Below are positions 49,463-60,028 of a DNA stretch of 64,000 nucleotides, one piece after another. Source of the DNA: Protoeuglena noctilucae (lineage: Eukaryota). Under the pieces are notes generated by a model. That model did no database searches. It had not been told where the DNA came from and saw only the letters and a program-made list of their open reading frames with translations. How positions within the stretch are numbered: the stretch's first letter is position 1; each line of letters begins with the position of its first letter. The stretch spans positions 496,001-560,000 of the forward strand of contig OY253681.1 in the NCBI GenBank assembly GCA_958009085.1, read 5' to 3'. The translations under genes and the position numbers were made by a program.

Positions 49463-52400
49463 ATGCCGCCGAAGCGCCAGCGCAACGATGTCGAAGTGGG
49501 CGACAGAATTCTGCCGCGCGACTTCCCGTTCCGCGCCCCCATGCCTAGCTGCATCAACATCGAGGCGCGGGAGGCCGCTTCAGCCCCACCGGACTGGTCC
49601 TCGAGGATTGGCGCGGTGCTCGAGGCGAAGAGGTGAAGGCGTGGCGCCGACTGCACATTGGAATCGCTGCGATAGGCCATACCACTGGAAGCTCAGCCGG
49701 GCCATCGCAGGGAGCGCATGCTTTTTCGCCTCGCGGGCCGCGTGACCATCTCCGTCGCTCTCGCCGACAAGAAGCACCGCAAGGACATCATGAACGATCT
49801 CGCTGCGACCGACACCAGAGCCGCAAAGAGCCAGGGGAACCTGCCTGTCTTTTGGGCCCGCACCGGAGAGCCGCCAGCGCACAACTGTGTGAGTGTGCTG
49901 CGCCTTGCAGATTGGATTGAGAAGGGGAGGCTGGTCATCGGCGGACCCGGCGGCGCAGATGGTGCCCTGCGCGTCCTGTACTCCATGGCGAGCCTGATGG
50001 AGCCGGCGGGGCCGTGGAAGCAGCCGGTGGCCCGGTTTGTGGCCCCGATGCCCACTGCGCTGTCCACCCAGCACGTTGATCTGACGTTCCACGTGTACCT
50101 GGGCCGCCTCGCCTTCGAGCTCATCTCCTTCTCCGCCACCAAGGACCTTTTCTCCGCCATGGAGCCCGTGTCGGTGGTCGTCCCTACCCGCAAGCGCCCC
50201 GAGTATCCGCCCACCTTCCGCTCCCCCCACGGCGAGCCTGAAGGGGCCGCCAGGTTCACCCTCCCGGGCGTCATGCGCATGGCCGAGCACAACGGTTACA
50301 GGTCCGGATGGCTGCATGGCGATGCTGGGCCACTCCCCGCCGTGCTCCCGCCGTCACCACCCTTGCCATCGCCTGCGCCTCGCAGGGAGGACGAGCAGCC
50401 GGCGGGGCTGACTGTGACGATGTTCCCGTTCCAGCGGCAGACGCTGGCCTGGATGAGCGACCAGGAGGCCTGGGACTTGAACCAGCTCATGTGGGAGGAG
50501 CGGCAGTGGCTGGAGGGGGACTGCTTCTTCGTCTTCCCCCTGGGCGGAGAGTGCCGGGTGCACGCCCCGCCGCGCGTCACGGGCGGTCTGCTCAGCGAGG
50601 AGATGGGGCTGGGCAAGACGCTGGAGGTCGTGGCGCTGGTGCTGGCGGATAAGGCCAAGGGGTACCCGGAGCCCAAGGGGGGCCTGGGACGAGGGGGCGG
50701 AGGGGCGCGGGGGCCATCGCGTGGGCGGCGAGGCCGAGGGAAGGAGCAGGGCGTGGCAGCTGCGGAGGTGGAGCATTCGGACGCCGAGGATGACGAGGCG
50801 GATCTCAGAGGCGCGCGGGCCACGCTCGTGGTATGCCCCACCACGCTGATTGGCCAGTGGGACGCGGAGATCGCCAAGGTGGGGAGCCAGCGTTGGCTCA
50901 TGCCGTCAACTTCGCAGCGTCGCTGGTCCCGTAACGCTGCTCACGACGCCCCTTCGCCCGCAGCTGACGATCCCAGGCACCCTGAGGGTCATGACGTATC
51001 CCCCGGAAGAGGCGAACGAGAACGGGAAGCGCAGGGCGACCGCTTCTGGCAGGGCCGACGACAGGCTCGTGGCGTCGATGGAGCGCGCGGACGTGGTTCT
51101 GACGACCTACGCGGCACTGGAGCGAGACGCGATGCGGCCGGGCTTCCGTCCGCTGCACGCGGTCGGGTGGCGGCGGGTGGTTCTGGACGAGTGCCAGGAG
51201 ATCCGGAGCTCCACGACGGCACTGGCGCGGCTCTGCGCAAGCATGCGATCGGTGCACCGGTGGATGGGTGAGAGGCGCAGCACGCTGTGGCTGGGCGTGG
51301 AAGGCCAGCGACGCATGGCTGGACTCGATGGAACTATCGGCTCGTCCCCCAAAATCCACAGTGTCTGGGACCCCTCTATATGAATCGATCGACGATGTCC
51401 ATGGTGAGCTCCACTTCTTGCGGGTGTGGCCGTTCGCACTCCCCGACTCTGAGGACGGCTTCTGGGGCCACTGCGTCTCGCGCCCCTGGTCGGAGCGGGA
51501 CCCCGCGGCGCTGGGCCTCCTGCAGCACCTGCTCCGCGCGGTCATGGTGCGGCACAGCAAGGCGCAGGTCACGCTGGCGGGGGAGCCGCTCCTGTCGCTG
51601 CCGAGCGCGTCGGCCGCCGTCTTGCCCGTGATGGCGGACGGGAGCGATCTGTACATGATGCGCTTCGTGGAGGCGTTTGCGGCAGAAACGGCCGGGCACA
51701 TGACGAGCCGGTGGCGGGAGCGCCAGGGCCAGGGAGGGCTGGGGCCGGATCTCCTGGACCCCTTCGCGCCCGAGGCCGCGGAGGGTGTTACCCGGATCCT
51801 GCAGCACGCGTGCTCGGGGGTGGCGACGCTGCTGCAGGGGATTGAGGTCCGGCGGATCCACGACTTGGTGCGGGCGGTGGTGACGGCGTCGCTGGGGGAT
51901 GCGCGCCAGGTGGGCGTGGAGGTGCCGGCCATGACGGCGAGGCGCGCGCTGGCGGTGCTGATGCGGCCCGAGGCCGTGCAGGACCGCAACTCGGACATGG
52001 TGCGGCACGGGGACGGCAACGTCCGACAGCTGCACGGGGCGACCCGCACGTACGCGGCGCGGACGGTGCTCGAGCAGCTGGAGGAGGCCCGGGGGCGCAT
52101 GGCCCCGCTCCAGGACACGGTGGCGAGGGCGGCGCAGGTGGTGGGCATGCGCTGGCGGTGGGCGGCCGAGACGGTGGCGGCAGGGACGGGGATCGTGTCG
52201 CTGGCTCGCATGTCCCTGCGGCAGGCGCGGCGCCTCTTCGCCGTGCTGCGCGCCATGCGAGAGGTCGAGCGTCTCGAGCAGGCCGCGGCGGAGGCCGCCA
52301 AGGGGGCACAGGAGCCCGCGACCCCGGCTGACAGAGCGGCGCTGTCGCGGGCGCGCGTGGCGCTGGCGGAGGCGCGAGATGCAAGCACGGGCGTGACGGC

Positions 52401-54230
52401 GGCGTTCGTGGTGCGGGGTGGCGCGGGCGGGATGGGCCACGTGCGCCAGAAGAACCGCGTCAAGGACCTCCAATCGAAGATCGCCGAGACAGTGGCGGCG
52501 GTGGCCCAGGCGCGCGTCGACCTGGCGGCTATGGAGCCCCTGGTTGCGAAGCTCGAGGCGGCGCAGCGGGCGGGGGCGGGGGGCCTGGCGTACACGGTGC
52601 TGGAGCGCTCGGGTTTCCAGGCCATCCAGGACCTGATATCGGGCGGCCCGCTGCCCACGTGCGTCATCTGCCACTGCCCGGCACAGGAGCCATGCGTGAC
52701 GCGGTGCGTGCACATGGCCTGCTTCGAGTGCATGACCGGCTGGCTGCGGGCGGCCCCCGTGCTGCAGAACCAGGCGACGCAGTTTGGCAACATCCATGCC
52801 GTCCAGGCCCCCTGCCCCCTGTGCCGCCGGCCCTTCACCGTGTCGCAGCTCATCCGCATCGTGCCCGACGAGGCCGGGGCCGAGGCGGAGGCGGAGGCGG
52901 GGCCGAGCGGGGCAGCGGGGGCGCCCGAGCCGTGCCCGCCCAAGAAGCGCCCGCGTTGGTCGGCGGCCACGCGCAGGGATGAGCTGGACGCAATCCTCCT
53001 GCCACCCGGCGCGCAGCTCAGGCCGGACCCCAGGACGCCCGCCCTGCCGCCCGAGTTCCACGCGCACGCGGCAGCGGGACGGTCGCAGCGCAGCGCCAAG
53101 ATGCGGGCCCTGGTGGACATCCTCCGGGGCCGGCACCCGGCGTTGGTGGGCCGGGGCGAGCTGCGCAAGGTCGTGGTGTTCAGCCAGTTCCCCGCGGCGC
53201 TTCGTGTGGTCCAGCAGGTGTTGGAGGAGGAGGGCATCGGGTGCGCGGCCATCATGGCGGGCATGCGGCTGCCTCTAGACCCCAAGGACCCTACGGGGAC
53301 GGAGCGGCTGACGGTGGAGGAGGCGCGGCGCCAAGCAGTGACGGTTTTCAACGTGGATCCCGCGTGCCGCGCCTTCCTGCTCCACGTGGGCGTCGCAGCG
53401 GCAGGGCTGACGCTCACGGTGCGTCCAGGGTGGGCCAGCGGGCACGAGCGTGGTCGCAGATGCACGGCCAACTGCGACGCCTTGCTCCCCGGCGCCCCCC
53501 GCAGGTCGCCGACACAATGGTGATGCTGGAGCCGCTGGCGAGCGCGGCGGACGAGGCCCAGTGTCGCAACCGCATCCACCGCATCGGGCAGTCGCGTGCC
53601 GTGCGGTGCATCACGCTCTACACAGAGGACAGCGCCGAGGAGCGCCTTCTCGTGTGGCGCGCGCAATTCGACACCCGCCACGCCCAGCGCGGAGGCACGG
53701 CAGGCGGCTCCAAGGGGCGGGGGGTCGCGGGGCCCTTGACTCCCGGCGGCAAGGCGAGGGTCATCCTGGTGTCCGACAGCGACAGCCCCGAGAAGGCAGC
53801 GGGCCCTTCGCGTCCCGCAGCAGGGGGGCCCGTGGTGGTGGTCAGCGACGAAGAGGAGGAGCTGTGCGTGCTGGCTCACGAGGACAGGCATGGGGAGGGC
53901 AGGCGCAGGCGCAAGAGGAGTGGCGGGCTGGGGCGGCTCCGGTTCCTGGCGGGGGTGTCTGAGACGCCAGATCTGCCAGACGCGCCCCATGCAACTGGGT
54001 TGGGCAAGCAAACCGACGCGTCCTCCAGTGAGAGCGAGGACAGCGAGGACGCCGCGGTGGTCGAGAGCGAGGACGACATCGTGGTGGTTGAGAGCGAAGA
54101 CGACTTTGTGCCACGAAGGAGGGGCGCGGGAGCAGGGCGGAGGAGGGCGGGGGCTGGCCGGGGGAGGCGGGGGAGGGGGCCAGGGCGCAGGCGCGCCTCG
54201 TCGTCGTCGGACGACTCGGGTTGGGATTGA
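49463..54230 (+). CDS. SNF2-family helicase with RING finger (Rad5/SHPRH/Ris1-like)
   Basis: MFPFQRQTLAWM, GGLLSEEMGLGKT, ATLVVCPTTLIGQW, WRRVVLDECQEI and WMVSGTP. RING: CVICHCPAQEPCVTRCVHMACFEC..CPLCRRPF. Helicase C: KVVVFSQF, AAAGLTLT and QCRNRIHRIGQ. Confidence 0.9.
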
Positions 54231-54979
54231 GCACACGGACTGCGCTGCGCAAGGCTTGAAAGGCATCGCTAGTCATCGCCCGTCCCAAACATGCCTGCCA
54301 AAGCGCCACTGAGGGGTGCGACCCTGCGCCCCCGAGGCTTCCGAAGGGCCCCTGCCCACGCGCGCAACGGGGCATGCTTCACGGCGCCTTTCCGCGCAAC
54401 CCCTCTCGCAGGCACTGTCTGGCGCAGCGTGGGCGTTGGGCACATGGCCAGCTCCATGGCCATGATGAAGCGATGGGCCGTCGCCGCTCGGTCCGGCGTT
54501 GCTGGGGCATCCGGAAACGGGCCTGGGTGACCGGCTGACCCGTCCCGTACCATTCCCCGTGCCGCCTCGTCCACAACGTACTTGGCGGGCCGGTGGCACC
54601 ACGATGCCGTAGAGCTGTTCCTGCGAATGGCAAGCAGGGCATAGGGGCGCTGTCCCTCCCACTCGTGTCATGAGGGCACACGCAGCCGCGCGTGCGCCCC
54701 TCACGCAAGCACAATGGATGCGACCTTTTGCTGGACGAGCTGGCGCGCGTGCAGCACGCTGGCATCCAGTGCTTGGTGCTGGGTGGGCAGTGGCACAGGG
54801 ACCAGGCCCATCGGGGTGTGCCGCCATTGGTAGCCGGGGGGTGGCTGCACGAGCAGAGGATGGTCAGCACTTGAGGAAAAGAACGGGCTACGGTGCACAA
54901 TTGCAAGGATCGCAAGACCCATTGGCGCTCGCCTGCTTGGTGAAACCCCCCGGTGCCGCGCCCTGCCCGCGTCCCGCCA

Positions 54980-55516
54980 TCAGTCCGCCTTGGGCTTCGG
55001 CTCCCCTTCCCGAAACGCCACAATGACCCACGCCAGCAGAACGAACTGCACGGACGCGATGGCCGCGATGCTCGCAGCCAGGGCCCGGCCTTTGTCCGTG
55101 ACCGTCAAACCTAGCGTGCGGTAGGCCCAGTCCAGGTGCCCCGCGTTCGCCAGGGAGAAGACTACGACTGCACACAGGTAACAGGGTCAGAATCCAGCGC
55201 CCCCAGCGAGCCAGCTGCGATAGCGAGCGAGTGGAAGGGTGGGCGGCGAAGCTCACGAGGCACAAGGAAGATGAGGAGCGTGAAGAGCAAGAGCTTTGGC
55301 GCCACGCGCGAGAGATCCTCCAGTCTTTGCTTGTCCTGCGCGGCGGTGGCTCCCTCCTGAGTCCCCGCGCGGGAGGAAGGGCTGCAACGGAGGAGGAAGC
55401 CCGCATCAGCTCAGCGTGCCGCCAGCGACCCCCGCAGGGCATGCCAGGGTCAATCACGTCATAGTCTTGCTATCGCTTCCGCACCCGGCCGTCTTCCCCT
55501 CGGCAGAAGAGCTCAT
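54980..55516 (-). CDS. VMA21: V-ATPase assembly factor VMA21-like (3 exons; not visible in the ORF track)
   Basis: Spliced product MSSSAEGKTAGPSSRAG..LSRVAPKLLLFTLLIFLVPLVVFSLANAG..GRALAASIAAIASVQFVLLAWVIVAFREGEPKPKAD*: two TM helices and a KxKxx ER-retrieval-type terminus. Confidence 0.8.
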
Positions 55517-55755
55517 CGCAGAGGAAATCCTTGTTGCGTGTTGCGTCCACCCTTGAATCCTGAGACGAGCAATGCCAGTAAGCCCCACAAATGACCCGGC
55601 GCAAACGGGGCAGCAATTGCTGGCCGGGCCCGCAAACCTGTGCTTCGCTGACACGAGGGCTCTTTCAGCGTGGCGCCACTGGCGGAGAATGTGATGCCTG
55701 CCCCCGGCGTCGCACGCCTCGGCACTGGCGCCGCCAGCTTGTCAACGGGGTCACC

Positions 55756-56368
55756 ATGGCCCAGCAGAAACAGAAAGAGCTGGCCCTGGATCTGTCCGGC
55801 TACGTGGACAAGACCATCAAAGCCAAGCTGCACGGGGGTCGCGAGGTCTCCGGGGTGCTGAAGGGCTACGATCAGGTGATTAGCCGAGGAAGCTCAGCAG
55901 GGTATGCATCGTTGGTGGCCCTGTGCGCGTCTTTGATGATGGAACGCTGGGGGAGGCACAGGGTTCTTCCCGGGCCCGCAGATGCTCAACCTCGTCGTGG
56001 ACGAGACAGTCGAGTATCTTAGGGACCCGGAGGACCCGGGACGGACCACCGAGCAAACGCGCCAGGCGGGTGGCCGAGCGTGCTGGCCGCCGCGCGCAAC
56101 TGGGGCGTGCTGGCCGAGCGCGGGATAGATCGCGAACTCCGCACCCCTTGCCGCTTGCAGTTGGGACTCGTCGTCTGCCGGGGCTCTGCTGTCGTCGCCA
56201 TCGCCCCCGCACAAGGCCTGGAGGAGATCGCCAACCCTTTCCTTGTCCAGGAGGTGCCCTGCCGCGCCGCCCTCCCGCAACAGTCGCTGGAGCTCTGCGC
56301 TTGGACCGCATGCTTGAAACGACGATTGCGATGAAGCGGGTTCTTCGCGGCCCACGCAGGATTCCTGA
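55756..56368 (+). CDS. LSM7: Sm-like protein LSM7
   Basis: KELALDLSGYVDKTIKAKLHGGREVSGVLKGYDQ|MLNLVVDETVEYLRDPEDP..TRQ|LGLVVCRGSAVVAIAPAQGLEEIANPF. The stop is at 56368 if the last intron is spliced, otherwise 56334. Confidence 0.93.
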
Positions 56369-56411
56369 GGGTTAGCGGGCGCCCGTGGTGGGCGCCGCTG
56401 CACCGCACAAG

Positions 56412-56917
56412 ATGGCGTCTGGCAGCGGGGTGGACCCCGTGGAGCTTGTGAATGAGCTCACATCCTTCGCCACCACTGTCCCTGACGAGCTGACACAATA
56501 CGTCCTGGGAACGGTGGGCGTGGAGCTTCAGGTGGGTGGGTGGGTCCTCAGCGTGGTCACTCACACCGTGTGCTACTTGGCGCGGTCACTCACACAGTGT
56601 GGGCCAGTGCTGTGAACGTCAGCGCGCACATGCGAGGTCTTCTGACTCTGCCCGCGCAGGACCCGGGATTGGTCCGCCTGGTGTCCCTGGCGGCCCAGCG
56701 GTTCCTCTTCGTGGTCATGAATGACACCCTGCAGCTTTGCAAGAGGCGGGTCAAGGCGGAAGAGCAGCGGGCGGCCAAGGCCAGGAAGCAAGGAGGGCAG
56801 ATGGCGGGGGAGTGGGCGCTGACGACCGAGGACCTGTCCAACGCTCTCAGGGAGCACGGCATCAACTACAAGCTGCCCCCCTACTTCCTCGACCGACAGG
56901 GCTCCGGGATGGTCTGA
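56412..56917 (+). CDS. TAF10: TFIID/SAGA subunit TAF10
   Basis: TTVPDELTQYVL..DPGLVRLVSLAAQRFL..NDTLQLCK..LTTEDLSNALREHGINYKLPPYF. Confidence 0.92.
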
Positions 56918-57196
56918 GGATGCATGGGCCTTCATGGGGGGGCGTGTCAGCCCTTGGAGTTGCTGACGAGGACGCTGATGTGCCGCTGGCCCGTCATAGC
57001 GCCACCTCGGGCCCACCGCCGCCTCATTCCCCGCCCCGCGTGCAAGCGCTGGAGTACAATTTTCGAATTGCGCAAAGAAGCTGGGGCTGCTAGCAAAGAT
57101 ACTTTGGCTTGGGTCAAGCTGCGAGATTCCAGCCCTTGGCCTCGAGGCTCACGCGTCGGCAGACGGCATTAGCCGTTGCCTACCAGAGCAGACGCG

Positions 57197-59982
57197 ATGA
57201 ATTCGCACTCCGGCGCGAGCGCGAGCCCGCTGCCGATCCGAAGTTTGAGCGCGTCGCATACCACGGCGCCCGGAGCGTCTCCCCCGTCGAGGTGGGCATA
57301 AAGCCAGGCGTGAGGTCTATATTGGCGTCGTAAATGAGGAAGGCGCCGCAGCAATTGATCTATATACTTCATAGGAAGTGTGTTTTGGCCTTGTGGTTCA
57401 AGGCGTGCACTTCGCGAGCGCGCAGAGGGGGCTCGCCGCCCACGCCGTGCCAGGGACCGGGGCAGGCGAAGGATGCGAGGTGCACCGAGGCGAAGAAGTT
57501 CTGGTCGAGGCTGCGTTTTGACCCGAATTTGAACGCATCCGACTTCACCGTCGGGTTCGCGGAATCTAGGGAGGAGCACGAGCGGCGTTCGGGAAAGGTG
57601 TGGAACGCGCTCCCGAGCCAGACGAATGAGAGCCGGGGCCGTGGCGGGCGGGCGTGCACGTGTGCGTTCTAATCCGTGGCATTTGACACGGGAGACCCAC
57701 AGGGAAGGCAGACAGCCCATGTTCTGCGGTAACTCCGACGTCTTCGCAGGAAGCGTGGTCGGCGCGGCTGCGGCACGTGGCGCGTGAGCTCCCGTACCAC
57801 GACTTCGCGGCACGATTCCCCGACGCGGTGCCTTTCCATCGGATTCTGTACTTCAAGGAACGCGGCGTGGTGGTATGGGAGCAGAGAGCGTTGCGGCGCG
57901 TGGATCTGCCGCCTGGAGGTGCGCGGAAGGGTCTGTACCTCGCCGGACACGCTGTGGGTGTAGACGAGCAGGCATCGCTGTGAGCCTCTTTGTGTTTCCC
58001 GCAGAGGCTGCATCGCTCGGCGTGTCCCCTCCTGCTTTCGGGTCATCTCCTCTGCACTCCGCCTCCTCCCCGGGGTGGGACGCTGCAAGAGTGTGCATGC
58101 CTGGCTACCTCATTCGGGCAGCGCCTGTGTGACAGCAGGGTGATACCCCCTCCTCCTCGCAGAGCCCCCAAACTCTCCAGCCCTTCTCACGCGTGGCCTC
58201 GCGACCCCGCCAGCTCCAGCTCGACCTGCCAGGACCGCGGCACCCCTCGGTCCCCGCCGGCGCCGGGCGGCCTCTCCTCCGCGTTCGGGGGGCTGTCCCT
58301 CGCGAGGACGCCGCCCTCCCGTGCCTCGTCTACCGTGGCTCATTCGCGGCACGTCTCTCTCCTCACGGACCCCTCCGAGGCGTGGGTAGATGGCCCCTCC
58401 CCGCCCCTCTCGTCAGACGGGGAGCTGTCCGCGGCTGAGGCGGACAAGGCGCCCGCGTGCCCCGAGCTCCCCGACGAGTGCTGGCTGCTGATCATGGAGC
58501 ACGTGGGCGTGCGAGAGCTGTGCGCCCTGGCACGCACATGCCAGGAGCTGCGAAGGCTCAGCGCCGACCGGTGAGTCCACGGGCGTGACTGCTGAGTCGC
58601 CGTCGACGGCTGACGTGGGGCAGTGGCCCTGCCCCTTGCGGCTGACTAAAGGCGGTTCCTCGCGCCCGTACCCAGGAGGCTGTGGCTGCGCTGCCACGAG
58701 CGCGTGACGGGCCAGTCGGGGGATCACATGGACACGCCGGCGCTCAAGCGCGCCTGCCGCAAGTCCGAGCTCCAGGTGGCGCGGTGGAGCGAGGCGCCGC
58801 TGGTGCAGTTCTCGGCGGGGTTCGCGGTCACGTCGGTCCTGCAGGTGGACGGCACGACGTGCGTGTCGGGGGACGGCACGCAGGTGCGGCTGTGGTCGCA
58901 CGCCACGGGGGAGCGCATCGCGACGCTCCCGGGGGGCCACGGGGCGCCCGTGACCAGCTTGACCTTCAACGACCACGTGGTGCTGACGGGCGATGCGGCC
59001 GGCACCGTCAAGCTCTGGACCATGGACGACCTGCGCCTCTGCCGGCAGCTCCGGGGCCACGAGGGCAGCGTCGTCGGGGCGGGCCTGGTGGGCGAGACGC
59101 CAGTGACGGCGTCGCAGGACGGCACGATCCGGTGGTGGGACACGAGCACGGGCCACGCCATCCTGGCCCTGGAGACGCACGGCGCGACCACGGCGATGGC
59201 CACGGACTTGGGCCGCCAGCGCATCGTCACGGCCGGCGACGTGGTCGAGGTCTGGGACGCCGCGGCGGGGGCCAGCGTGACGACGCTCCTCCCTAGTGCC
59301 GGCTCAGCCTCCTGCGTCGCGCTGGACTCCCGGCAGCAGAGCGACTTGCTCGTGGTGGGCGCGCATGGGGCGCTCGAGTTCTTCGACTGCCGCGCGGGGT
59401 CGTCCGTGGCCTCGCTCGCTGTGGGCGGTGGGGGACCCCCCGTGGGCGCCCTGCTGCATGGGTGGCGCCTGATGGCGGTGCCATGTGCCGCGAGCGACGT
59501 GCTCTTGTACGATGTGCGCGCCCTGGCCAGCCGGGGTGCGCCGGACGGGCCCCTCATGTCGCTGCGGGCCGAACATCGCGTGACGGCGTTCGCGCACGCG
59601 GCCAGCACGGTCGTGGCGGCGCACGAGGCCCCGCACCTCTGCACGGTGTGGGAGGTGCAGATGGCCTGGCAGCCGCAGCCCATCAAGCCAGCGGTGGGGC
59701 AGCCGACCTCGTGGAATGGACACCTCTACATTGAAGCTCAGGCCGGGTATGCGGGTTCTAGACCGGCGGGCACAGCGGCGGACGAGGACACGGACGAGGG
59801 CTGGCGGCGCAAGGTGAGGGGCAGGCAGCGCGGCCCCCTGCAGCCGGTGCGACGAGAGCCTCGGTCGCTCGTGTTAGCGGTGCTCAGAGAGCGACCGCTG
59901 GCCGCAGGAGCGCAAGGAGAGGAGGGCCGCGCGGAAAGTGTCCAAGCCTCAGAACAAGTACCCCAAGCGGCATGGGCGCTAG
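57197..59982 (+). CDS. MJ1316-like domain + F-box + WD40-repeat protein (7 exons inferred)
   Basis: The F-box (ELPDECWLLIMEHVGVRELCALARTCQELRRL) and WD40 repeats (GHGAPVTSL..TVKLW, GHEGSV..SQDGTIRWWD) are clear. The upstream exons encode KKFWSRLRFDPNLNASDFTVGF..ELPYHDF..AVPFHRILYFKERGVVVWEQR. All introns are GT-AG and phase-compatible. Confidence 0.78.
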
Positions 59983-60028
59983 AAAGACTAACTGGGAGAC
60001 CCAGCGCTGGCTGCTTGAAGGCGATCCT

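Noticed and set aside
50898..54266. 1122-aa antisense ORF, and similar long shadow ORFs opposite the formin, EML and GBSS genes
   Set aside because: Expected by-product of GC-rich codon usage on the opposite strand; no recognisable domains.
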